Shown here piece after piece: positions 38,056 to 48,850 of a DNA stretch of 64,000 bases. A program made the position numbers and the translations under genes. This DNA is from a virus, in IMG/VR virus record IMGVR_UViG_3300021961_000042, positions 1-64,000 of that record; one strand, 5' to 3'. The notes under the pieces were generated by a model. The model worked only from the letters and a program-made list of their open reading frames with translations. It had not been told where the DNA came from and searched no databases. Numbering within the stretch: the stretch's first letter is position 1; each line of letters starts with the position of its first letter.

Positions 38056-39894
38056 ATGGCAAATAATAAAATTTCATACACAAATAGAGATTTTGTAAGT
38101 TTAAGAGAAGACTTATTAAATTATACACAACAATATTACCCTGAATTAATACAAAATTTTAATGACGCTTCTCTTTTTTCTGTGTTCATGGATTTAAATG
38201 CCGCTATAGGTGATAATTTACATTACCATATCGATAGAAGTGTTCAAGAAACAGTATTACAGTTTGCACAACAAAGATCTTCAGTATTTAATATCGCTAG
38301 AACCTACGGGCTTAAAATACCGGGATATAGACCATCTGTTGCGATTGTTAATATTTCTATTACTGTCCCACCATTTGGGGACGCACCCGATTCAAGATAT
38401 TTAGGCATATTAAGAGCAGGGTCACAATTTCAAGGAGGAGGTCAGATTTTTGAATTAGTTAATGACGTTGATTTTTCAACACAATTTAATAATGAAGGTT
38501 TTATTAATAGAACGGTTAGGCCAACATTTGATCAGAATAACACTATAATTAATTACGTAATAACAAAACAAGAGGTTGTTGTAAATGGGGCAACAAAAGT
38601 TTTTAAAAAAGTTATTAATCCACAAGACGTGGTTCCTTTTTTTAGTTTCTTTTTACCTGAAAGGAACGTTTTAGGGGTTACCTCAATAATACAAAAAGAC
38701 GGAACCCAATACCAAACAACACCAACATTTTCTGAGTTTTCAACATCAACAAATAAATGGTATGAGGTAGACTCATTAGTTGAAGATACCATTTTTGTTG
38801 AAGACCCAACAAAACCAACAGATAATGCCGGAGTAAAAGTAGGGAAATATATAAAAACTCAAAATAGATTTATAAGCGAATATACGCCTGAAGGGTTTTT
38901 AAAGTTACAATTTGGTGGAGGAACAACAACACCTGAACAACAATTAAACAATTTTACAAATACAGGTATAAAATTAAACTTAGCAAATTACCAAAATAAT
39001 ATTGGATTAGGTTTAACGGTAATACCAAACACAACATTATTTATACAATATAGAATCGGTGGAGGTCTTTCTTCAAATATAGGGGTAGGGGCAATAAATC
39101 AATTAGGTCAAATTGATTTTAGTGTTAATGGGCCATCACAACAAATTAATACAAATGTTCTACAATCATTAACCGTAAATAATGTTACTGCGGCGATAGG
39201 CGGCGCTAATCAACCCAGTGTTAATGAAGTAAGAAACATGGTTTCATTTAATTTTGCGGCACAAAGAAGAGCGGTCACAATTAATGATTATAAATCTCTT
39301 ATAGAAACTATGCCTGGAAAATTTGGTGCACCTGCAAAGGTTCAAATAAGTGAATTTAATAATAAAATATCTGTTAAAGTTTTATCATACGACGTTTCAG
39401 GCGCATTAACACAAACAGTATCAAATAATTTAATTTCAAATTTAGCGACATACCTATCAAGATATAGGATGATTAATGATTATATTTCTGTAGAAGTGGC
39501 GAAAGTTATTGATTTAGAGTTTGAATTTTTTGTAGTTTTGGATTCGCCAGGTAGCCAATCTCAAGTAATAACTGAAATTATTAATACTACTTCAAACTTT
39601 ATGAATCCAGCAAATAGAGATTTGGGACAGAATGTTAATATATCCGATCTTAATAAACAAATACAAGATATTGCAGGTGTTAATACATTAAGTGAAGTTA
39701 AAGTATATAATAAAGTTGGTGGTCAATATTCATCATCAGAAACATCACAGTCTTACGAAAATACAACAACAAAACAGATACGATTAATTAATAATACGAT
39801 ATTTGCCGAACCCGATCAAATATATCAAATAAGATTCCCAAATAAGGACATTAAAGTAAGTGTCTTAAATCTAAGTACCGTTGACTTCGGTTAA
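38056..39894 (+). CDS. Baseplate wedge protein (gp6/baseplate J-like)
   Basis: YTNRDF..LREDL, LQFGGG, YRIGGG..SN, AIGGA, QRRAVTINDY. Confidence 0.9.
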   Translation: MANNKISYTNRDFVSLREDLLNYTQQYYPELIQNFNDASLFSVFMDLNAAIGDNLHYHIDRSVQETVLQFAQQRSSVFNIARTYGLKIPGYRPSVAIVNISITVPPFGDAPDSRYLGILRAGSQFQGGGQIFELVNDVDFSTQFNNEGFINRTVRPTFDQNNTIINYVITKQEVVVNGATKVFKKVINPQDVVPFFSFFLPERNVLGVTSIIQKDGTQYQTTPTFSEFSTSTNKWYEVDSLVEDTIFVEDPTKPTDNAGVKVGKYIKTQNRFISEYTPEGFLKLQFGGGTTTPEQQLNNFTNTGIKLNLANYQNNIGLGLTVIPNTTLFIQYRIGGGLSSNIGVGAINQLGQIDFSVNGPSQQINTNVLQSLTVNNVTAAIGGANQPSVNEVRNMVSFNFAAQRRAVTINDYKSLIETMPGKFGAPAKVQISEFNNKISVKVLSYDVSGALTQTVSNNLISNLATYLSRYRMINDYISVEVAKVIDLEFEFFVVLDSPGSQSQVITEIINTTSNFMNPANRDLGQNVNISDLNKQIQDIAGVNTLSEVKVYNKVGGQYSSSETSQSYENTTTKQIRLINNTIFAEPDQIYQIRFPNKDIKVSVLNLSTVDFG

Positions 39895-39964
39895 ATTATT
39901 TATTTTGATAAGTTATGACTTATCTTAAAATTGATAAAATAACTATTTATCAACAAAGGTAATA

Positions 39965-42900
39965 ATGGGAAAAAGCTATAGATTCAGAACCACACCAGGG
40001 AAAGATAAAAATATAAGAATGAATATCGAACAAGATTTTGATTTCATTGAGATTTTATCTTTAAAACTAAAACAATCAGATGTTTATACAAGATTTTGTG
40101 CTGATTACGGTGTAGTAACAGGTAGAGTTGTGGCTAACGGTGGTTATGGCGTACCTAATGTTGCTGTTTCTGTTTTTGTCCCATTAACCCAAGAAGACGA
40201 GAACGATGTTGTAATATCAGCACTTTACCCATATAAAAGAGTTGATCAAAAAAATGAGGATGGATATAGATATAATCTTTTACCTTACGAAAAAGAATAT
40301 GGTGGACATACACCGACAGGTACTTTTCCTAGTAGAGAAGATGTGTTAACAAGACAAGAAGTATTAGAGGTATATGAAAAATATTACAAATATACTGTAA
40401 GAACTAACGATAGTGGAGATTTTATGATTGTTGGAGTTCCTTTGGGTATTCAAACTGTTATAATGGACATGGACATATCCAACATAGGGTGCTTCTCTCA
40501 AAGACCATCAGATTTGATTAGAATGGGTATGGGTGTTGAATCACAATTTGCCGGAACACAATTTAGATCATCTTCAGACTTAGATTCACTTCCTCAAATA
40601 ATCAACTCAAAAAAAGATGTTGACGTTGCTTCTTTTTGGGGTGAAGGTGATATATGTAATGTAGGTATAACAAGAGTAGATTTTGATTTAAGAGATTTAG
40701 GGATTGTAATTGAACCACAAGCAATTTTTATGGGATCATTATTTTCGGCAACTGAAGATGATGCCTTAGGTATAAATTGTAAACCTAAATTTGATACTGG
40801 TAATCTTTGTGATTTAGTAACAGGACCCGCTAAAATTTTAGCAATTAGACAAACAATTGAAAATGATAGTAATGGACTACCTGTATTAGAACAGCACCAA
40901 TTACCTGAAGGTGGTAATGTAGTTGATGATAATGGTACTTGGTTAGTTGAGCTACCTATGAATTTAGATTTTGTTTCTACAAATGAATTTGGAGAACAAG
41001 TATTATCAAACGACCCAACAGTCGGTATTCCAACAAAGGCAAAATATAGATTCAGAGTTCAGTATCAAAATGAAGGTGGAGTAAATGACGATGTAATAAG
41101 GCCTGATTATTTAATACCAAATATTAAAGAGTATGGTTGGAATTTATTTCCTGAACAAAAACCAGCAAACGACTTATTACAAAAACAAAGTTATGCGTTT
41201 AGTTTAGATTGGAACGAATATGGAGACACAGGAACAACAATAGGAAATCAAATGATTCAAGAAGCAATCAATTGTGAAGATAGGTTTTTTGAGTTTAATT
41301 TTAATAGAGTTTATACAATATCTGCTTTTTTAGATAGGTGGAAATGGGGTTTCAATAGAAGTAGACATTTAGGTATTAAAGAAATTACTGACAGGTCATG
41401 TACAACGACAACGAATAGATTTCCTGTAAATGATGGTGTTAGAAATTTTGATAGTTTATTTTTTGTATTCAATTTACTAATAACATTATTTACGGTTGTA
41501 TTTCCAATCATAATTATTATATGGCATTTTGTAGCTAGATTTTATCCAATAATAAGAAAAATATTAAATTTAATATTTGATATATTATTTGTTATCATAA
41601 TTGGAATTTGTAATGCATTAAATTGGGTTAGAAGAAAATTTAATTTAAGTGAATTAAATTGTCCTGATAGTAACCCAATTAGATTAGATGATAGGACATT
41701 TCCTAGATTATCATTACCTATGATGGGTTATCCTGATTGTGAGGCGTGTACTTGTGAAACATATGAAATGGCGCAGGATTTAAGCGACCCAATATATGCG
41801 GTTGAAAGAATAAATTATAGCGTTTTAATTGATAGTAATAGTGCTGGTGAATATACTTGGACAGAACTACAAGAATATCAAAAATTAATATCACCTGCAT
41901 ACTGTAATACATTTGATACTTGTGAAATTGACGAACAATCATTCTTTTTTGGAATAAACCAAGGATTTGCCGGATATAGTGGACCATATACACAATTATC
42001 AAAAACAAATGTAGTTGTTTGGCCAAAACAAGATAGTAGAGTCGGGGCTTTAGGTTATACACCAAATTGGTCACACATTTTAAATAAATTAAATTCAAGA
42101 GGTGCTTATTTTGAAAACGGTACTTTTATAAAAACCACCGTGAAAAATATAAATCCTCAAACAAACGTAGAACAACCATCAGAACCATTTTTAGACCTAC
42201 CATTAATATTAATTTGTGATGAAGGGACTTTACAACAACTAGGGGGTGCGGGACAGTTATTGACTTTTACAGATATTACAAAAATAAATGACCCAAATTT
42301 AACAGGAGCAACATTAAATCAATTTGGTACTTTAGGAGTTACTGGAACAACCTCAAATAATCAAAGTAATTTAATAACAATAAATGAAAGTTTTATAACA
42401 CCAGGTCTACAACTTTCAGCAGCAACCCTTCACCTCAAATTAACAGAACAAACTAAAGATTACAAGTTTCCTGCTGGTGTCGAATACTTTCAAATAATAA
42501 CAGGAGGAACCTTAAATCAATTTGAACAAATAGCAGATATATACTCACAGTATGGGGTATTAAGAAATTTTGTTTATGAAACAGGGATTAAATTTAGATG
42601 GGGTAATGGGTATTTCACTGCAGAAGATTGGGGTGGAAGGTTCAGTAACCAAGTGACATCAATAGACGTTGATTTAAATAATAATATAATAGTTGGAGGT
42701 CAATTTGAATATTACTCACAATCCACAACAAACTTCAATAATGGAAACTTAACGTCAGGTATAGTAAAACTAAGTAATAGTGATGGAAGTGTAGACGCCG
42801 ATTTTGGTAACGGATCGGGGTACGGTAGCTACGATAGTGGGTTTGGTACAGGTGTGGTTATGGCACTTGAAACCCAAAGTGATGGTAAAGTTGTTGTTGG

Positions 42901-45900
42901 TGGTGGTTTTGATACATATTGGGACGCAGGTAATCAATCAACAGGATTAGGTAGTATTGTTAGGTTAAATGACCCTTATGGTGAAATTGACACCACATTT
43001 AATTTTGGTGGGTCTGGATTTCAAGGACCATTTATACTTAACGTTAAGGCAATTAAAATACAACCTGCGGATCAAAAAATATTAGTTGGTGGTAGTTTTG
43101 CATCGTATAATGGAACACTTATAAATGGATTGATAAGACTAGAAACTGATGGTAGTATTGATAGTACATTCGTATCTAACTTAGGATCAGGTATATCAGG
43201 AGCTGAAGGTGTATGGTCAATAGATTTATTAAGTGATGGTAGGATTGTTGTTGGTGGTGATTTTACAACAGTTAACAGTAACTCTTATAATAATATAGTT
43301 GTTTTGAATCCTAACGGAACAATAGATACAAACTTTATTGTAGGTAGTGGTTTTGACGTTAAAGTTTTTTCAGTTAAAGTGGATAGTAATGATAATATTT
43401 TTGTAGGTGGAGAATTTACAACATATAATGGAAATTTAGCACCTAAACTTACAAAATTATTATCCACAAATGGAAATATAGATTCATCATTTGTTTTGGA
43501 TCCGTCAATAAACACTGCATTATCAAACAACACAAACTTTTTAATTAAAACAATTGAGTTAGATACATTTAATAATAATATTTTAATTGGTGGGTTATTT
43601 TCTATTGAGGGAAGAAATAATATAATGAGAATAACCAATAATGGAGGAACAGACCCAACGTTTAATTCCAATTTTAACTGGGGTACTTTAGTTTCTGTTA
43701 TTAAATTTCTTCCTGACAACTCAATTTGTGTTGGGGGTAATTTTGGACCAAATGTTAATGAAAACACGGCAAATATTAGAAGAATAACAAATAGTGGTAC
43801 TAAATTTACAACAATAAATATAAATAACCAAATACCATTCAATACTTGGCATAACGTGGCACAAGGTTATAATGCTTATCCAAAATTCTTTTTTGAAAAT
43901 TTTGGAAATAAAGAAATAATATTTTTAACAAGAGGCACTGACCCTTATACTCAAAAACAAACAATAGAGTACGATTTGTCTGTATTATTTGGTTTATCGT
44001 ATGACACAGTAAAGGTTAAGGGGGAATATTATTTAAATGTTCCAATAAAACCTAATTTTGTTAATCAGTCAGGGCAGAATGCTTCCACCACTAATCTACC
44101 TTGGCAAGAACCTGGAATATCAAACTCATTATGGTATGGAGGAGGAACAACACCCGAAAGTCACGATGTTATAAACAATAACAATCCTATATTATTCCAT
44201 AAACCATATAATAATTTTAATATACCAACCAGCTCTTGGACCGCCTTCACAAATAACTCTTTGAAATATTATAACTCAACTGATAAATCTAGAGTAAATC
44301 ACGTTGCGTTTCCTGGTGACAGTAAAAATATAGGAAATTTTACCCAAAATTTTGGAAGAGAATCGACGGTTAGTTATCAATATGTAAACGGTAAAAACAC
44401 TATAGGTATTCAGTGGTCTCAGGGAGACCCACCAAGCACTATACCAACAACACCTGATTATTATGTTAACTCTAATGTTGGGGATCCTGTTTATAAACAA
44501 GGTAATATTGAAGGTGCTTCATTTTTGGCTGCTGACTTTTCACCAGGTGAAATATTTGATTTAGAAGATTCGTCAAAATTCGCTAGGGTTTTTTCACCTG
44601 CATATCATTTAGATTATTTAACAGATAATGTTATGATAAACAAACAAAGATTAGTTTTTAGAAGTGACAGATTACCAACATCTACTACAACAGAAGTTAA
44701 TGGAAACACTTCTTATTCACTTTTCTTAAATGATAATTTTGCAATATATAGAATTTCAGATCAAGGCATATTGGAAGGTCTTACTTATCAAATAAACCAA
44801 CAAACAGACACTACAAACAATTTTCAAGATTTTGCTGATGATAACTCAAGTCAAGTTAATGATGCGATTCTTAATACTTTGACATGTGAAGGTTTAAAAC
44901 CACTTGATTGTTATGTTGGACAAGGAACCTCTTTTTCTGTTTCAGACCCATGTCCGACAAATGAAGACACTAGTTTATCAACACAAAGAGTTATTGGTGG
45001 TTGTTATTATTTTGTACAAGAACCATTTTTTAAAGTTGAGAGCATTAAAAAAGACATTAACTTTTTTGCTGAATGGAAAGCAAGATTTAGATTTACATAT
45101 GCGGCATGTAGAGGTGTTATAAGTCATGTATTTCAAAATAATTGGGTCAATGGAAGTCTATATATGTTCCCAATAAAAAAACAAACAATATTTGATATAC
45201 AAGGAAACCCAACAAAAAGAATACATTGTGGATCAAAAGATACTTTTTACAGTGATCAAGGACCAGTTTACTACAACGAAGATTATAACGGATATTTTTA
45301 TAGAGCAACACCGTATAATCAAACAAATGGTTTCATAGGTCAAAAACCTAAATATTTTGATACCACAACAATAACATGGATAGATGCTGAACCTAAGTTT
45401 AAGGGAATGAATAAAAGAAATATCCATTTCCCAACAACAATAATGGATTTAGGGGCTAGAGATCAATTCGCAAAAGAAATATGTTTTAATCCTGAACTTG
45501 AAGGGTATTTAATAGAAACAATAAAATCCACATCATTTAATGAAACTTCAGACATACTTCTATTTTTTATTTTATCAAGACTACTTAGCTCAACTAACGG
45601 ACAAAGATTGATAGGTTCTGGAGACGCGTCAATTAATACTATATTTAGTAGAAGTGAAAATAGAATAGACGGAGATTTGGCCCAATTATTCAGTATAAAT
45701 TCAGAGTATGGTATTGTACCATTTAATGATCAATTTTATGATGATTTTGATATATATTTAGATTCTCAAGGTAGTGCATTAATTGGAATTTTCTTTAGTG
45801 CCGATACCAAAAATAGAATACTTTTAACTCCTGGCATTAATACGTTTGGCGCCGTACAACAACTCATACCATATCCAAAAACACAAGAAGTACCTTTTTA

Positions 45901-46261
45901 CAAATGGAGAAAAGTTGACCCACAAGCGTCAACACCTAGTGACCCACAACCCGCACCAACAATTTTTGGATCTGAATTAAATGATTGGAATACCGATTTA
46001 CAAACAACTAATAACTTGTATTCGGTAAAATACCAAACAATGTCATTTAATGGTACGCCTTATTTTCAATCAACTAATGGAAATAACACCGGATATATAA
46101 TTAACTATGGAGTTAATGGACAACCAACACCAACACCTTCTCAAAATCAAGCAACTGATTCATTTATTGTTGGTGCCCCTTACCATTTTTATTTTGGGTT
46201 AAATAAAGGAAAAAGTGCAATGAACAGGTACATATCAAAATATATAGTAGGTCAAGAATAA
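39965..46261 (+). CDS. Giant baseplate/fibre-associated protein with N-terminal Cna-B/carboxypeptidase-regulatory-like domain, hydrophobic hairpin and 7-repeat delta-60 beta-propeller
   Basis: GVVTGRV..GVPNVAVSVF..TNDSGDFMIVGVPLG; FFVFNLLITLFTVVFPIIIIIW; repeated DGKVVVGG.F...IVRLN.DG.ID.TF. Confidence 0.65.
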   Translation: MGKSYRFRTTPGKDKNIRMNIEQDFDFIEILSLKLKQSDVYTRFCADYGVVTGRVVANGGYGVPNVAVSVFVPLTQEDENDVVISALYPYKRVDQKNEDGYRYNLLPYEKEYGGHTPTGTFPSREDVLTRQEVLEVYEKYYKYTVRTNDSGDFMIVGVPLGIQTVIMDMDISNIGCFSQRPSDLIRMGMGVESQFAGTQFRSSSDLDSLPQIINSKKDVDVASFWGEGDICNVGITRVDFDLRDLGIVIEPQAIFMGSLFSATEDDALGINCKPKFDTGNLCDLVTGPAKILAIRQTIENDSNGLPVLEQHQLPEGGNVVDDNGTWLVELPMNLDFVSTNEFGEQVLSNDPTVGIPTKAKYRFRVQYQNEGGVNDDVIRPDYLIPNIKEYGWNLFPEQKPANDLLQKQSYAFSLDWNEYGDTGTTIGNQMIQEAINCEDRFFEFNFNRVYTISAFLDRWKWGFNRSRHLGIKEITDRSCTTTTNRFPVNDGVRNFDSLFFVFNLLITLFTVVFPIIIIIWHFVARFYPIIRKILNLIFDILFVIIIGICNALNWVRRKFNLSELNCPDSNPIRLDDRTFPRLSLPMMGYPDCEACTCETYEMAQDLSDPIYAVERINYSVLIDSNSAGEYTWTELQEYQKLISPAYCNTFDTCEIDEQSFFFGINQGFAGYSGPYTQLSKTNVVVWPKQDSRVGALGYTPNWSHILNKLNSRGAYFENGTFIKTTVKNINPQTNVEQPSEPFLDLPLILICDEGTLQQLGGAGQLLTFTDITKINDPNLTGATLNQFGTLGVTGTTSNNQSNLITINESFITPGLQLSAATLHLKLTEQTKDYKFPAGVEYFQIITGGTLNQFEQIADIYSQYGVLRNFVYETGIKFRWGNGYFTAEDWGGRFSNQVTSIDVDLNNNIIVGGQFEYYSQSTTNFNNGNLTSGIVKLSNSDGSVDADFGNGSGYGSYDSGFGTGVVMALETQSDGKVVVGGGFDTYWDAGNQSTGLGSIVRLNDPYGEIDTTFNFGGSGFQGPFILNVKAIKIQPADQKILVGGSFASYNGTLINGLIRLETDGSIDSTFVSNLGSGISGAEGVWSIDLLSDGRIVVGGDFTTVNSNSYNNIVVLNPNGTIDTNFIVGSGFDVKVFSVKVDSNDNIFVGGEFTTYNGNLAPKLTKLLSTNGNIDSSFVLDPSINTALSNNTNFLIKTIELDTFNNNILIGGLFSIEGRNNIMRITNNGGTDPTFNSNFNWGTLVSVIKFLPDNSICVGGNFGPNVNENTANIRRITNSGTKFTTININNQIPFNTWHNVAQGYNAYPKFFFENFGNKEIIFLTRGTDPYTQKQTIEYDLSVLFGLSYDTVKVKGEYYLNVPIKPNFVNQSGQNASTTNLPWQEPGISNSLWYGGGTTPESHDVINNNNPILFHKPYNNFNIPTSSWTAFTNNSLKYYNSTDKSRVNHVAFPGDSKNIGNFTQNFGRESTVSYQYVNGKNTIGIQWSQGDPPSTIPTTPDYYVNSNVGDPVYKQGNIEGASFLAADFSPGEIFDLEDSSKFARVFSPAYHLDYLTDNVMINKQRLVFRSDRLPTSTTTEVNGNTSYSLFLNDNFAIYRISDQGILEGLTYQINQQTDTTNNFQDFADDNSSQVNDAILNTLTCEGLKPLDCYVGQGTSFSVSDPCPTNEDTSLSTQRVIGGCYYFVQEPFFKVESIKKDINFFAEWKARFRFTYAACRGVISHVFQNNWVNGSLYMFPIKKQTIFDIQGNPTKRIHCGSKDTFYSDQGPVYYNEDYNGYFYRATPYNQTNGFIGQKPKYFDTTTITWIDAEPKFKGMNKRNIHFPTTIMDLGARDQFAKEICFNPELEGYLIETIKSTSFNETSDILLFFILSRLLSSTNGQRLIGSGDASINTIFSRSENRIDGDLAQLFSINSEYGIVPFNDQFYDDFDIYLDSQGSALIGIFFSADTKNRILLTPGINTFGAVQQLIPYPKTQEVPFYKWRKVDPQASTPSDPQPAPTIFGSELNDWNTDLQTTNNLYSVKYQTMSFNGTPYFQSTNGNNTGYIINYGVNGQPTPTPSQNQATDSFIVGAPYHFYFGLNKGKSAMNRYISKYIVGQE
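42640..43800 (+). repeat. Seven delta-60 (DUF5122-like) propeller repeats (coordinates approximate)
   Basis: Seven units of V..I.....I.VGG.F......I.RL...G.ID..F counted by eye. Confidence 0.75.
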
Positions 46262-47970
46262 TGAGTGGAGAAAAACAAATATCATATATTTTAGGTAATA
46301 AAAGATTTGCGGGTAGTACAATAACGCCACAACAAATACCGTTAAACCTACAAAGTAATTACAGAAACTATGTTCAAGGAGATAGAAGTACACTGGTTGA
46401 TTTACCACAAATTTTTGATTTTGAAAGACAAAACTCATCTACATTTAGAATAAGTGGTAAAATTATAAACATATTCGATAATTCAATATCAGGAAAAACC
46501 AATTATACACCATTCAAAAATAATTTATATTATTTAGATTCGGCAAATTCAGTAAATACTAACGTATGGAAAGGTTACCCACAATATGACGAGTTTTCTT
46601 TTATAAGAAATTTAGCAGTTACTTCACATATAGATTTTGTTTCTAAAAGTGCGACAACATATAATTGGGGTGTTTATGCTAGTTATGCGTATAGTAGTAC
46701 TACTGCTCAAACTATGACATATTATAGTGAAAAGTTTGGTGTAAATAATACTTTTTCTGTTAGTGATGGAATTCCTTTTGTTATTGATACAGGAACAATT
46801 GATGGTAAATCTTTAGTTTTCTTTTATTGTGCCACAGACCATAACTTAAAAGAAAATGATTACGTTAAATTAAATATATCAATTAATAATAAAGATTTAT
46901 ATAGTGTTTATTCTTTAGGTGATGGAACCTATAGGTCAGAAAAAAGAGTATTTGCAATATACAATTTAAAATTTAATACAAGTGATATTGTATCAGGAAG
47001 AGTCGGTAACTTTAAAAGAGTAACAGACATTTCTAATACCGCAGAAACAACATCTAACTATTATGTTAGGCTTCATAAGATTTTAAAAACACCAAAAGAC
47101 ATTTTTTTAGTTAATAGCGGTTATGAAAATAACCCATTCCCAATAAAAAAGAAACTTGAATTTTCTGGATTAACACCAAATAGTGTTCAAAGAATTTCAG
47201 TAAAAGACGGATCCCAAACTTATGGGTTTTCGGTTAATTCTGATATAGATATTGAGAATTTACTTGATTGTAACGGAAGACCAATTACCGAACTGTTTAT
47301 AACTATAGTTAATCGAGGTTATATGGGTTGGTTTAACCAACCTAGCGGTAATGGAACAAGAGCGATCGATGTTGGATGGGAGTTTAACTTTTCAAAGGAC
47401 TTTTATGATAATTGGTGGAATCATAATTCGACAGATAATAAAGATAACATTTTTGTTGATTCTTATAATAGGTCCAACCAAACATTTTACTATAACAAAC
47501 TTTTAAATGAGGGTGATGTAATAAAAGGCGATTTTTGCGAATATAATAATATTGAACAAATAGAAAAAGTACTTTCACCTATTTATCACAAATACTCTTA
47601 TAATCCTAATATTTTTTTAGATGATCAAACGATAAACGCACCACAATATCCTTCAGGTTATTTATATAAACCACATTATAGTGTGCCGGTAAGAACGTTT
47701 AGTGATTATCAAGAAAGATCAGGTCTAAATGAAATCGATAATGCTCCATTTTATGCTTATTACTCTAACTATTTTGAAAAATTTATATGGAGAGATATCT
47801 ATGATTATGGGTTTATTGATAATGATGGAAATGGTTTAAATGTTCCATTTGTAAATGGAGCTCATTATCCCTATAAAAATATAGTATTTTTACATCACCC
47901 TGTATTTAGAAACACAGAAACAATTGATACAATACTAATAAACCCAATAGAAGTAGACGAGTGTGAGTAA
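46261..47970 (+). CDS. Virion structural protein (baseplate/fibre region), function unknown
   Basis: Translationally coupled within the structural operon; ERQNSSTFRISGKI and WRDIYDYGFID..PFVNG motifs. Confidence 0.5.
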   Translation: MSGEKQISYILGNKRFAGSTITPQQIPLNLQSNYRNYVQGDRSTLVDLPQIFDFERQNSSTFRISGKIINIFDNSISGKTNYTPFKNNLYYLDSANSVNTNVWKGYPQYDEFSFIRNLAVTSHIDFVSKSATTYNWGVYASYAYSSTTAQTMTYYSEKFGVNNTFSVSDGIPFVIDTGTIDGKSLVFFYCATDHNLKENDYVKLNISINNKDLYSVYSLGDGTYRSEKRVFAIYNLKFNTSDIVSGRVGNFKRVTDISNTAETTSNYYVRLHKILKTPKDIFLVNSGYENNPFPIKKKLEFSGLTPNSVQRISVKDGSQTYGFSVNSDIDIENLLDCNGRPITELFITIVNRGYMGWFNQPSGNGTRAIDVGWEFNFSKDFYDNWWNHNSTDNKDNIFVDSYNRSNQTFYYNKLLNEGDVIKGDFCEYNNIEQIEKVLSPIYHKYSYNPNIFLDDQTINAPQYPSGYLYKPHYSVPVRTFSDYQERSGLNEIDNAPFYAYYSNYFEKFIWRDIYDYGFIDNDGNGLNVPFVNGAHYPYKNIVFLHHPVFRNTETIDTILINPIEVDECE

Positions 47971-48850
47971 TTATAGATTTCCAATATCAAGTAATAGTAA
48001 ATATATTAATATCCCTATTGATATGAATTTTGATTTTGAGGGTAGAGATAATGCGATACAAAAATACGAAACGGAAATAAAAAATAAATTAATTAATCCA
48101 ATAATTGATTTTGATACGACTAAATTCTCACATTCAGCGTATACTCAATTAATCAATACTGTCATAACAACAACAACACCATTAGGTTTACAATTAACAA
48201 TACCGATAACCGTACCTAATGTAGAAACTTCTATAAATTATGAGTTTTACTTTTTTGATTTTTTAACAAATGTAACGGCATCTACTATTAACAATTGGGC
48301 GACAGACTATGAAAACGCCAGTTTTACAGATGCCGAAATATATTATTTTGCAAACTCATTTAAGGGTAGTTTTTTTAAATTAGATTTTTATGACACAAAT
48401 AATTCACAAAATCAATTGTTATTATTTACCGTTATTATACCAACACAGCAAGGACTTAAAGAACCAGGTACGATAGGTCCCGTGACTAATCAAACAAATG
48501 TTGAAGTAAAAAAACCAAAATTTATTTTAGATTCAATAGGAAAAGATAAGGAGGGTTATTTTTTATATTGGTTGAAAAATAAAGATTACTTACTTACAAA
48601 TGAAATTTATTGTTCAGTAAAATTCTTTAACGCAAAAAAAGGTGAATTTATAAGAATGATAAATAAACCACAGTCCGATTTTTCAGGAATAAACATGTTA
48701 AACTTGGAACAAGAAATATATTTCTATTTGAAATATAAATTGGATTACGACACAAATGAGTACGTTGTTTTTCAAGAAAACAATAACACAACAATAAGGG
48801 TTGGAACTACTAACGAACCCATAAAATGGTATGAATACGTTAACCCATAA
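47963..48850 (+). CDS. Virion structural protein, function unknown
   Basis: Overlapping ORF in the operon; SFFKLDFYDT, KFFNAKKG, IKWYEYVNP. Confidence 0.5.
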   Translation: MSNYRFPISSNSKYINIPIDMNFDFEGRDNAIQKYETEIKNKLINPIIDFDTTKFSHSAYTQLINTVITTTTPLGLQLTIPITVPNVETSINYEFYFFDFLTNVTASTINNWATDYENASFTDAEIYYFANSFKGSFFKLDFYDTNNSQNQLLLFTVIIPTQQGLKEPGTIGPVTNQTNVEVKKPKFILDSIGKDKEGYFLYWLKNKDYLLTNEIYCSVKFFNAKKGEFIRMINKPQSDFSGINMLNLEQEIYFYLKYKLDYDTNEYVVFQENNNTTIRVGTTNEPIKWYEYVNP

